A DNA stretch of 64,000 nt, from assembly GCA_963798085.1 (NCBI GenBank), contig CAWCRS010000007.1, positions 736,001 to 800,000 of the forward strand, read 5' to 3'. Shown here one piece after another: positions 20,695 to 28,967 of the stretch (its first letter is position 1; each line of letters starts with the position of its first letter). The stretch comes from an uncultured Gemmatimonadales bacterium. GTDB taxonomy: Bacteria > Gemmatimonadota > Gemmatimonadetes > Longimicrobiales > RSA9. The notes under the pieces were generated by a model, which was given only the letters and a program-made list of their open reading frames with translations, did no database searches and was not told the DNA's origin. A program made the translations under genes and the position numbers.

Positions 20695-23600
20695 GCGGAA
20701 CGTCCGCGCGCACCGGTGCGGCTGGCGGGTTCCGGCCGCCCACGCCATCGCAATGGGAGGCGATCGCGGCGACCGACGACCACCTGCTGGTCGTCGCCGG
20801 CGCGGGCACTGGCAAGACGCACACGGTCGTCGGTCGCGTGCTCTATCTGCTGGGCGTACCGATCAACGAGCAGACGTACGCGCGGCCTGTCGGCCTGCCG
20901 CAGATCGCGGCCATCACCTACACGAAGGAAGCGGCACGCGACCTGAAGCAGCAGCTGCGCGACGATCTGCGCGCCGCGGGCCGGCGCGAGCTGGCCTGGC
21001 AGGTGGACCTCGCCCGTATCGGCACCATCCATTCGTTCTGCGCCGAGCTGCTGCGCGAGCATGCGCTGCGCGCGGGCGTGGCGCCGGCTGACACCGTACT
21101 GGAAGAGGGCGAAGCACTGGAGCTGGCCACACAAGCAGCGCGCGACGCGCTGGTCGCTGCGCTCGGGCAGGGCGGCATTGCCGGACTGGACGCACTGCTG
21201 GGCGACCGGCGTACCAGTGATATCGACCGCTGGGTGGTCGACCTGATGCGGAAGCGCGATCTGCTGCGCGCGCTGCACGACCGCTGGCGCGACGCCGACG
21301 TCGGCAGTGAAGCCGACGCGCCCACCACCGAGGAGCGCGCGCTGATTCTGCTGGCGAGCGCCGCAGCCGAGCGCTACGACCGCGTGCTGGCCGACAGCGG
21401 CCGCATCGACTACGACCACATGATCCACTGGACCCGCGACCTGCTGCACCGCGACGCGCACGTGCGGGCCGCTCTGCGGCAGCGGCTGCACACGCTGATC
21501 GTGGACGAATTCCAGGACGTGGACCCGATGCAGAAGGAGATCGCCTACGCCATCGGCGCCGTGGGCGAGGCCCGCGCGGACACGCCTCGCCTGATGCTCG
21601 TCGGCGATCCCAAACAGAGCATTTACAGATTCCGCGGCGCGGACGTCAGCTCGTGGAACAGCGTGCAGCGCGATTTCGAGGAGCAGGGCCTGGGCCGGGT
21701 GCTGCCGCTGCGCGAGAATTTCCGCAGCCTGCCACCCATTCTTGCCATGGTGGAAGCGTCGGTAGGCGCCGCCCTCGATCAGCCGATCGATGGCCAGGCA
21801 CTGCGTGACTACGAGGTGCCATTCCTGCCGGTTGCTGCACAGCGTGCGTCAGCGGAAGCGACCGCGGTCGAGTTCCTGCTGGTCCCGGCCAATGCGGCCG
21901 GCAAGAGCCGCCGGGCGGACGACGTACGCGTGGTCGAAGCCCAAGCGATCGCGGAGCGCATGCGGCAGCTGCACGCGGATCGCGTTCGTTTTTCCGACAT
22001 GGCGCTGCTCTTCGCCACGTGGACATCGGTGCAGATCTATCAGGATGCGCTGCGGCGCGTGGGCATTCCCTTCTACACGCTGCGTCGCGACGGCTTCCTC
22101 GACACCCGCGAAGTCCACGATCTGGTGCTGGCCCTGGAAGTCGTGCGCGACCCGACCGACGAGCGCGCGTTGTTCGGCTTCCTGCGCAGCCCGTTCATCG
22201 GTGTCAGCGACGAGACACTGCTGCGCGTGGCCGATCGCAAGCGCCGGCCTTCGTGGCGACACCTGTGCGACGTTGATGCCGACGCCGCCGGCGAGAGCGG
22301 CGCGATGGAAAGCGCGGAAATGGAGCGGCTTGCCTTCGCGCAGCAGCTGCTGGACCGCTACACGCGGTTGCGCGACCGGCTGTCCAGCGCGGAACTGCTC
22401 GACGCGCTGCTGCGCGAGACGGGCTTCCTTGCGCATCTCCAGCTGCGAGGCGAGGCGGGCAGTCAGGCGCTGGCCAACGTGCGGCAATTCATCGGACTGG
22501 CGAGGGCCACGCCCGACGTGAGTGTGGGCGATTTCATCCGCATCCTGCGCGAGCAGCGGGAGCGCGGCGATCGCGTGCCGGAAGCCATACTGTACGCCCG
22601 CGACGACGAGGTCGTCACAATCACGTCGATCCACGTGGCGAAGGGTCTGGAATGGCCGGTCGTGTTCTGGGCGGATCTGTCGCGCGGGCCAGTCACATTC
22701 TCCAGCAAACTCGTGGTTGGTCGCAGCGAAATACGACTGGGCGAGCCCGACATCGACGCGGATGACCAGCCGGATCCGCGCTGGGGCGCGCTGCGCATGA
22801 GCGTGATCGACGAGGAGTACGCAGAACACAAACGCCTGGCTTACGTGGCGGCTACGCGGGCGCGCGACCGCCTCATCCTGTGTGGCATACCGATGGGAGG
22901 CACCGGTAGCGGCAGGGACAAGCCGCCGAGCGACAGACGGCGCGAACCGATCGCGAAGCTGTTCCTGTCGCGTTTCCCGCAGCTGGCGAACGCGCGGTCC
23001 GGTGACCTGGTGGAATTCGCGGGCCGCGATACGGAAGGCGAAGCGCGTGCCCGGAGGCACGCGGCCCTCGTGCACGTGGCGACGCCATCCGAGCCGGCGC
23101 CGGCGTACCGGCCACCCAACCGCCTGTTTGGCCAGACCACGGAGGAAGCGCCGCAGCCCTGGCCCACGCTCGATCCGGCAGCCATCGAATTGCCGCTCGA
23201 ACCCGTCGCGGCCGCTGCGGGTCCGCCCCGCCATTCGGCCACCGAGTTCCTCACCTACACGCGCTGCCCTCGGCGGCACTGGTTCAAGTACGTGGTCGGC
23301 ATTCGTGAGCCGCCGCTGGCCGCTGCCGAGCGAGATGCGCTGATCTCGGCCGTGCAGCGCGGGCAGATCGTGCACGATGTGCTGGAGCGTTTGCGCGAGG
23401 AGGCGGACCTCGACAGCCTGCTCGAGGATGCCATCGGCCGCTGGGACGAGAACGCGCCAGCGCCCGAGTCGGACCGCGGGTCCGCGTATCGGGCGCACCT
23501 GCGGGACGAAGTCAGCCGGGTGGTCGAGCACCCTGACTACATTGAGTTAGCCAGCCGCCCGGGGGCGCGCCACGAGCTGCCCTTTCTGTACGTCGCCGCG

Positions 23601-24446
23601 GATGGCGTGGCGGGGCAGGGCAGCATCGACCTGGCGGTCCCGGACACGGACGCCGCCGGGGCGCCGGGCATGACGCTCCTCGATGTGAAGACCACGCAAT
23701 GCGACGCGGCGGGCGCGCGCCTGAAGGCAGAGCAGTACGCGCCGCAGCGCGACGTGTACGTGACTGCCGCGACGGCAATCGCGGGTCTGCCCGTGCACCG
23801 CTTTGCGTTCCAGTTCACGCGCGCCGCCGTGCAGCTCACGCAGGACATCGACGCGTCGGGCCGCGCCGCCGCCGCAGGGCGCTTCGCGGAAAGCGCGCGT
23901 CAGATTGCAGAAGAGCACGCGCCCTTGACGCGCTTTCCGCAGGAATGCCGCTTCTGCGGTTATCGCAAAGTGCGCCTGTGTCCCGGCGCGCGCTTCGATC
24001 CACCCGGCCTGGATGATCTGTTCGCACGCCTGGCGCGCGATCGCTTCCGTTCCGGCTTCAGCCTGCAGGCCAGGGAGCGCGCGTATCTGCAGACGCATGG
24101 CATCGACAGCGTGCTGGAGCAGGCGAGGCGTTTCGTGCAGCAGCGGCTGGCGCCCGCGTCGCCGGCGCGCGATGGCCGGCAGACGCCCTGGCGAGGGCAC
24201 CCCGTGTTCGTGGCGCAGCACGGAACCGCGACCTGCTGCCGCTCGTGCGTGGAGCGCTGGCACGGGATCAGTCGCGGCGTGGCGCTCACCACGGAACAGC
24301 AGGAGTACGTGCTGCGCGTCATCGAACGCTGGCTGCGCGCGCAGGCGGAGACATCGGCGGGGACTGCCGACGACTCCGCCACGGCAGGCGATGATGCCAC
24401 GCGCGGCAGACGAGCACGCGACGGCTCACAGCTCGAGCTGCTCTAG
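20688..24446 (+). CDS. addA: AddA-like UvrD/SF1 helicase-nuclease with C-terminal DUF4186-like domain
   Basis: AGAGTGKT, VDEFQD, VGDPKQSIYRFRGAD, ENFRS, SIHVAKGLEW, YVAATRARD; nuclease GSIDL..DVKT..QRDVY; CPRRHW...CRFC...C; tail GRQTPWRGHPVFVAQHGTATCCRSC. Start overlaps the addB stop. Confidence 0.85.
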   Translation: MVSGTSARTGAAGGFRPPTPSQWEAIAATDDHLLVVAGAGTGKTHTVVGRVLYLLGVPINEQTYARPVGLPQIAAITYTKEAARDLKQQLRDDLRAAGRRELAWQVDLARIGTIHSFCAELLREHALRAGVAPADTVLEEGEALELATQAARDALVAALGQGGIAGLDALLGDRRTSDIDRWVVDLMRKRDLLRALHDRWRDADVGSEADAPTTEERALILLASAAAERYDRVLADSGRIDYDHMIHWTRDLLHRDAHVRAALRQRLHTLIVDEFQDVDPMQKEIAYAIGAVGEARADTPRLMLVGDPKQSIYRFRGADVSSWNSVQRDFEEQGLGRVLPLRENFRSLPPILAMVEASVGAALDQPIDGQALRDYEVPFLPVAAQRASAEATAVEFLLVPANAAGKSRRADDVRVVEAQAIAERMRQLHADRVRFSDMALLFATWTSVQIYQDALRRVGIPFYTLRRDGFLDTREVHDLVLALEVVRDPTDERALFGFLRSPFIGVSDETLLRVADRKRRPSWRHLCDVDADAAGESGAMESAEMERLAFAQQLLDRYTRLRDRLSSAELLDALLRETGFLAHLQLRGEAGSQALANVRQFIGLARATPDVSVGDFIRILREQRERGDRVPEAILYARDDEVVTITSIHVAKGLEWPVVFWADLSRGPVTFSSKLVVGRSEIRLGEPDIDADDQPDPRWGALRMSVIDEEYAEHKRLAYVAATRARDRLILCGIPMGGTGSGRDKPPSDRRREPIAKLFLSRFPQLANARSGDLVEFAGRDTEGEARARRHAALVHVATPSEPAPAYRPPNRLFGQTTEEAPQPWPTLDPAAIELPLEPVAAAAGPPRHSATEFLTYTRCPRRHWFKYVVGIREPPLAAAERDALISAVQRGQIVHDVLERLREEADLDSLLEDAIGRWDENAPAPESDRGSAYRAHLRDEVSRVVEHPDYIELASRPGARHELPFLYVAADGVAGQGSIDLAVPDTDAAGAPGMTLLDVKTTQCDAAGARLKAEQYAPQRDVYVTAATAIAGLPVHRFAFQFTRAAVQLTQDIDASGRAAAAGRFAESARQIAEEHAPLTRFPQECRFCGYRKVRLCPGARFDPPGLDDLFARLARDRFRSGFSLQARERAYLQTHGIDSVLEQARRFVQQRLAPASPARDGRQTPWRGHPVFVAQHGTATCCRSCVERWHGISRGVALTTEQQEYVLRVIERWLRAQAETSAGTADDSATAGDDATRGRRARDGSQLELL

Positions 24447-24459
24447 TCCGGAGGCAGAC

Positions 24460-25572
24460 ATGGCAATCACGAAACTGCAGCGCTGGCTCGATCTGGTCGC
24501 ATTTCTCGTGAGCCGGCGCATGCCCGCCACATTCGAGGAGATCATTGAGCACGTGCCGGCGTACAGCGGCGCAGGCTCCGGCGACATGCGCGCCGGCGAG
24601 TCGGTGCGGCGCATGTTCGAGCGTGATAAGGACGAGTTGCGCGCAATGGGCATACCGCTGCAGACAGTGCCGTTCAGCATCGGCTTCGGCAGTGAGGCGA
24701 TCGAAGGCTACGCCATCGACAATCGCGACTTCTACCTGCCGTGGCTGCGTCTGGTCGAGCAGCTCTCGCCCGGAGGTCAGTACGCGGATCGCAACCGTAC
24801 AGGCGAGGTCGAGATCACACCGGCGGAGGCGCCGCTCGTCCTGGAAGCGCTGCGCCGCGTGTCGCAGCTGCCGGCGTCACCGCTGGCCAGAGAGGCGAGG
24901 TCGGCGTTCCGCAAGCTGGCTTTCGATCTCGATCCGGATGCGTTCGCCGCCGACTCGCCGGTGCTGTTCGTCGAGCGACCGGAAGCAGAGGAGCTGGTCG
25001 AACGCCTGCGCATGCTTTCCGATGCGCTGCTCACGCGCAAGCGTGTGGCCTTCACCTATCACGGCATTTACAGAGGCGAAGACACCGATCGCAGCGTGCA
25101 GCCGTACGGCCTGCTGTTCCAGGAAGGCCACTGGTACCTGGTGGCGCACGACGCCGAGCGCGAGGCGGTGCGCGTGTTCCGCGTCGGCCGCATGGACGCA
25201 CTGCGCGTGAATCCGCGCGCTCCACACACGCCCGACTACGAGATACCGGCCGGGTTCAAGCTGGATCCATGGGTGGGCCGCAAGGCATGGGAGCTGGGCG
25301 ATCTCGAGGAGAAGCCGATCGAAGCCGATGTGCGCTTCCGCTTCCCGCGCTCGCTCTGGGCGGAGCGCAACGGACACGGCGCGCTGGTACGCGAGCTGGA
25401 GGGCGGCGACACGGTGCGACGATTCCGTGTCTATCAGGTAGGCGCGTTCCTGCGCTGGCTGCTGGGACTCGGTGGTGAAGCCGATGTGCTCGAGCCGGCC
25501 GAACTGGCGCAGCAGTTCCGCGAGCTGGCTGCGGATGTGGCCCGCATTCACGGTGGAGGCGATGATGCCTGA
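24460..25572 (+). CDS. pafB: PafB-like HTH-WYL-WCX transcriptional regulator
   Basis: RRMFERDKDELRAMGIPL (PafB-type wHTH), VQPYGL, GHWYLVAHD, RVFRVGRM, VLEPAEL; RBS ggagg. Confidence 0.85.
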   Translation: MAITKLQRWLDLVAFLVSRRMPATFEEIIEHVPAYSGAGSGDMRAGESVRRMFERDKDELRAMGIPLQTVPFSIGFGSEAIEGYAIDNRDFYLPWLRLVEQLSPGGQYADRNRTGEVEITPAEAPLVLEALRRVSQLPASPLAREARSAFRKLAFDLDPDAFAADSPVLFVERPEAEELVERLRMLSDALLTRKRVAFTYHGIYRGEDTDRSVQPYGLLFQEGHWYLVAHDAEREAVRVFRVGRMDALRVNPRAPHTPDYEIPAGFKLDPWVGRKAWELGDLEEKPIEADVRFRFPRSLWAERNGHGALVRELEGGDTVRRFRVYQVGAFLRWLLGLGGEADVLEPAELAQQFRELAADVARIHGGGDDA

Positions 25573-26728
25573 GCCGGCACAGGTTCGCCTCGAACGCCTG
25601 CTGTATCTGCTGCCCGCCGCGGCGCGCGACGGCGGCGCCCGCCTCGATGAGCTGGCGCGCGCGCTGGACGCATCCCCAGCCGATCTGCTGCGCGACATCC
25701 AGGAAGCCACGGCCCGCGCTTTCTACTTGCCGCCCGGCCAGGCCGATTCCATCCAGATCACCATCGAAAAGGATCGCGTGCAGGTCTTTGCCGGGCGCCA
25801 GTTCCAGCGGCCTGTCCGGCTCTCGCAGCGGGAAGCGCTCGCGCTCGGCCTCGGCCTGCGCATCATGGCCGCCGAGCGCGAAGACGCGGCCGGTCGCAAC
25901 ACACTGTTGGCGCTGGCCTCGCGCATGGAGCAGTCGCTGGCCGTGCCCATGGTGCGCGAGGCGCCACGCGCCATGCCCGGCGCCCCCGTCCCGGCCGAAG
26001 AAGCCGCGCCGTACGGCGCAGCCGAAGATCTGGCACCGCCGCCGTCTTTGCAGGCGCCGCGCTTTCCATTTTTCGCCCGTCCCTCGCCGCCGGCCCGCGA
26101 GCGCCAGTCCGCAGCGGCAGGTGGCATCGGCACGCCGCCGCCCATTGTGCTGCACATCGAGCAGGAGCGCGGTCCGGTCAAGGTGGAGCTGGGTGAGGAC
26201 GCGTTCCGCGGCATCATGGCCGACGGCGTGCGCGAGCACCGCCGGGTAACACTGAGTTATCTGAGGCCCGGCGCCCGTGCGCCGGAACCGCGTACGGTCG
26301 AACCGCTGCGCCTGGTCTACGCCAACGGTCGCTGGTACCTTGCGGCGCAACCGGTACCGGGAGACGAGCCGCGCATCTACCGCCTCGACCGCGTGCTCGG
26401 CGCGCGTCTCGAGGCCGAACATTTCGAGCCCGGCCCGATCGACATCAGCAGCTTCATTGATGAGGCCGGCCGCGCGTACAGCGCGCGCGACGCGGTGGTC
26501 GCACAGGTTCGCTACTCGCCTCGCGTCGCCCGCTGGGTCAGCGAGCGCACGCGCCAGGCGGCCTCGCCCGACGGCAGCATCACCGTCGAGCACAGCGTGG
26601 CTGACCCGGACTGGCTGGCGCGCCACGTGCTGCAGTACGGCGCCGACGCCGAAGTTGTCGGGCCGCCGTCACTCCGCGAACACGTCGCATCCATTGCACG
26701 GTCACTCGCATCTCACCGCGGAGATTGA
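25565..26728 (+). CDS. pafC: PafC-like HTH-WYL-WCX transcriptional regulator
   Basis: RLERLLYLLP, RPVRLSQREA, VEPLRL, GRWYL, RIYRLDRV, VLQYGADAEVVGPPSLR; ATGCCTGA overlap with pafB. Confidence 0.85.
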   Translation: MPEPAQVRLERLLYLLPAAARDGGARLDELARALDASPADLLRDIQEATARAFYLPPGQADSIQITIEKDRVQVFAGRQFQRPVRLSQREALALGLGLRIMAAEREDAAGRNTLLALASRMEQSLAVPMVREAPRAMPGAPVPAEEAAPYGAAEDLAPPPSLQAPRFPFFARPSPPARERQSAAAGGIGTPPPIVLHIEQERGPVKVELGEDAFRGIMADGVREHRRVTLSYLRPGARAPEPRTVEPLRLVYANGRWYLAAQPVPGDEPRIYRLDRVLGARLEAEHFEPGPIDISSFIDEAGRAYSARDAVVAQVRYSPRVARWVSERTRQAASPDGSITVEHSVADPDWLARHVLQYGADAEVVGPPSLREHVASIARSLASHRGD

Positions 26729-26783
26729 GAAGGGCTCGGAGAACGGAGTTCTTGTTTTGTTGCTTACCGCGGAGAACGGGGAG
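26712..26783 (+). repeat. 72-bp REP-like repeat (two ACCGCGGAG cores), left copy
   Basis: Ungapped match of about 48/72 nt to the reverse complement of 35035-35106 (counted by hand). Confidence 0.7.
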
Positions 26784-26792
26784 TTGAAATGC

Positions 26793-26891
26793 GAAGGCCA
26801 ACCTCCTGATCGGTCGCGGCGTAGCGGCAGGCGCTCGCCAGAAGAGTTGACCGTGACGGACCCGGAGGTCCCGAAACCAGGAGGTTGGCCG
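26793..26891 (+). ncRNA. IS110 left-end structured leader (bridge-RNA-like region)
   Basis: Perfect 13-bp inverted repeat ggccaacctcctg(26796-26808)/caggaggttggcc(26878-26890) occluding the transposase RBS; inner stem gtcgcgg/ccgtgac; directly upstream of the IS110 ATG. Confidence 0.65.
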
Positions 26892-27320
26892 ATGTTGATC
26901 ATCAATTTAACGATTGGGCTGGATGTGGGCGATCGGAAGAGCGTGACGTGCGAAGTGGATGGCGCGGGGTGCGTGGTGAAGCGGGCGACGGTGGCGACGA
27001 CGGAGGTGGGGTTGCGGGCGTATCTTGGCGAGCGTGCGCCGTGTCGTGTGGTGATGGAAGCGGGGACGCATTGGCCCTGGGTGTCACTGGAGTTGAGCGC
27101 GCTGGGGCATGCGGTGGTGGTGGCGAATCCGAGCGCGGTGTGTGGGCGGGCAGCGACGCAAGAAGCGCATTGACGCGCTGGATGCGGAGTATCTGCGAGG
27201 CAGGGCCGTGTGGCCGTGGCGTTGTTGCACCCGATCTGCCATCGGGGGCCGGAAGCGCAGGCGCATTCTGGGGGTGGTACGCACGCGGGATCGCTGGTGC
27301 GGGCACGCACGAAGCAGCAT
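26892..27320 (+). pseudogene. Truncated, frameshifted IS110-family transposase (N-terminal DEDD/RuvC part)
   Basis: TIGLDVGDRKS, VVMEAGTHWPWVS, VVVANP, then KKRIDALDAEYL and LLHPICHRGPEAQA...LVRARTK in other frames; C-terminal domain absent. Confidence 0.85.
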
Positions 27321-27392
27321 AGCTTGCCGTATCTGAGGAAGAAGGAGCACGACTCGCCGCGTGAGCAGCTGCAGGCAGGGAGGGAGAACACG

Positions 27393-27839
27393 ATGCCGTG
27401 TGAATCGCAGGGCTACCAGGTCAACGGCGGTCAACGGAAGGCAAACAAGAAGGCGGCTGGCTCCGTCACCAAGACTGGCGGCACTGATAGCGATCATGCG
27501 GAAAGGGTAGCATACAGGGGGTTCGGCAGCACGACCGACGTCCTCTTCTTGATCGTCCAGGATGCATTCCCCTGCTTTGATCGGGTGCCATCAGTACTTC
27601 CTCCAGCAGTCGACGAAGGGTTACAGCATCATTATCAAGGTGACGGCCGACAGCACCTACGACCGTGGTTCCTATTTTCCCAGGGGAACGCCCATAACCC
27701 TACCGTACTACATCTTCTCTCACGGCGGCCAAGCCACGCTTTCGCCGCACCCGCCGGTGCCACCTGTCGGTTTCCCGCGCACCCGGCCAGCTATCGGATT
27801 GATCACGATCGCGCTGCGCCCTTCGAAGGAGGCGAGTGA
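27393..27839 (+). pseudogene. Putative zinc-dependent nucleic acid/nucleotide deaminase, frameshifted
   Basis: DHAE...QDAFPCFD. Removing one G of ggg (27583-27585) gives PCFDRCHQYF and an HAE...PCxxxC motif. RBS gggaggga. 3' end uncertain (27839 or 27891). Confidence 0.6.
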
Positions 27840-27842
27840 GGA

Positions 27843-28526
27843 ATGGACAGGCATTACGTGCTGGTGGTGTCCGGCTTGCGTGACCAGGTGACCGAGGCGG
27901 AAATGTGGGTGGACGTAATGAACCGAGCCGGAAAAAGGTATCGGCGGATCACGTGGGCCGGGGTGCGCGACCTAAGTAGGCGTCGGAACGGCTTCGAAGA
28001 CGGGGATGTGATCTACATTCTGACGCACGGTAATTACAATGCCGAGACAGATATTGCGACCGGCACCATCGAGATGGACGGCGATAAGGGACAGGCAGAC
28101 AAGCTCGCGAAAAAGATCGCGGCCTGTCAGGTGCCAAAGGACGCAGCGATCAAGCTGAAGATCTTCGCCTGTTTGTCCGCCGACGAGCCGGAGCTCAACT
28201 CGAAGAGCTATGCCCAGCAGCTCCGGGTCGAGCTATGCAAACGCGGCTACCATCGAATGATCGTGTACGGCTACAGAGGTGAGACGAAGGCCCTGGCCTG
28301 GGGACAGCACAAGGCAGCCGGCGTGGCGTTGCATTCACCCATGGGAACCGAGCAGCCGGAGCCGGACGACACGCTCGAGACGTGGCGGTATCACGCGAGC
28401 CACCCGGACAATCGAACCGAACACCGGTGCGGCAATGACCGTCAATGCCCGCACACAGGCGACAAGATGGGCGGCCTCAGCAAAGCACCGCGGCGACAAA
28501 AGTCCGTGGGGTTCAATCCTTACTGA
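27843..28526 (+). CDS. Putative C80/caspase-hemoglobinase-fold cysteine protease
   Basis: IYILTHG (His62), IKLKIFACLSA (Cys110), then SYAQQL...VYGYRGE, matching the CPD/C80 layout. Confidence 0.6.
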   Translation: MDRHYVLVVSGLRDQVTEAEMWVDVMNRAGKRYRRITWAGVRDLSRRRNGFEDGDVIYILTHGNYNAETDIATGTIEMDGDKGQADKLAKKIAACQVPKDAAIKLKIFACLSADEPELNSKSYAQQLRVELCKRGYHRMIVYGYRGETKALAWGQHKAAGVALHSPMGTEQPEPDDTLETWRYHASHPDNRTEHRCGNDRQCPHTGDKMGGLSKAPRRQKSVGFNPY

Positions 28527-28967
28527 AGTGATCGCATTGGAGCCGCTCGTTGGCATGAATTCGTCCGACCATTGGCAACGACGACGACCTCGCGCACGAG
28601 GTGGCGGCTCCCGGTTCAGAGTGCCAAGGCACCCACGTGCGCTTGGCGAGGGCGCGGCCGCAACGGGAAGCGGTCGCCGACGCGGTGGACCGAGGTCTCG
28701 GTCTACCTCACGACGGGCGGTAACCTGGTGCTGCACGTCGGCGGCTACTCGAGCATCTAGGGCGAGCGAAGCCGCAACGCGGCGGCCGTCCATGATAATG
28801 CGGCGAGCGCGCTGATCTGGCTGCTCGAGCAGTCTGGCGGCGAGCTCGGCCGCGTGTCGAAGGATGCTTGACAGCAGGCCTGCTCCATCTATCCACCGCT
28901 CGGACAAGAAGCAACGGAGCGAGTACAATGAGTCTGGCGCGCTTGCGATCCAAAGGGAGCCCAACCA

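Noticed and set aside
17527..26728. Assignment to BREX, CBASS-CapW or another named WYL-regulated defence system
   Set aside because: No pglX/pglZ/brxC, cyclase or other hallmark genes, and the WYL pair is PafBC-type.
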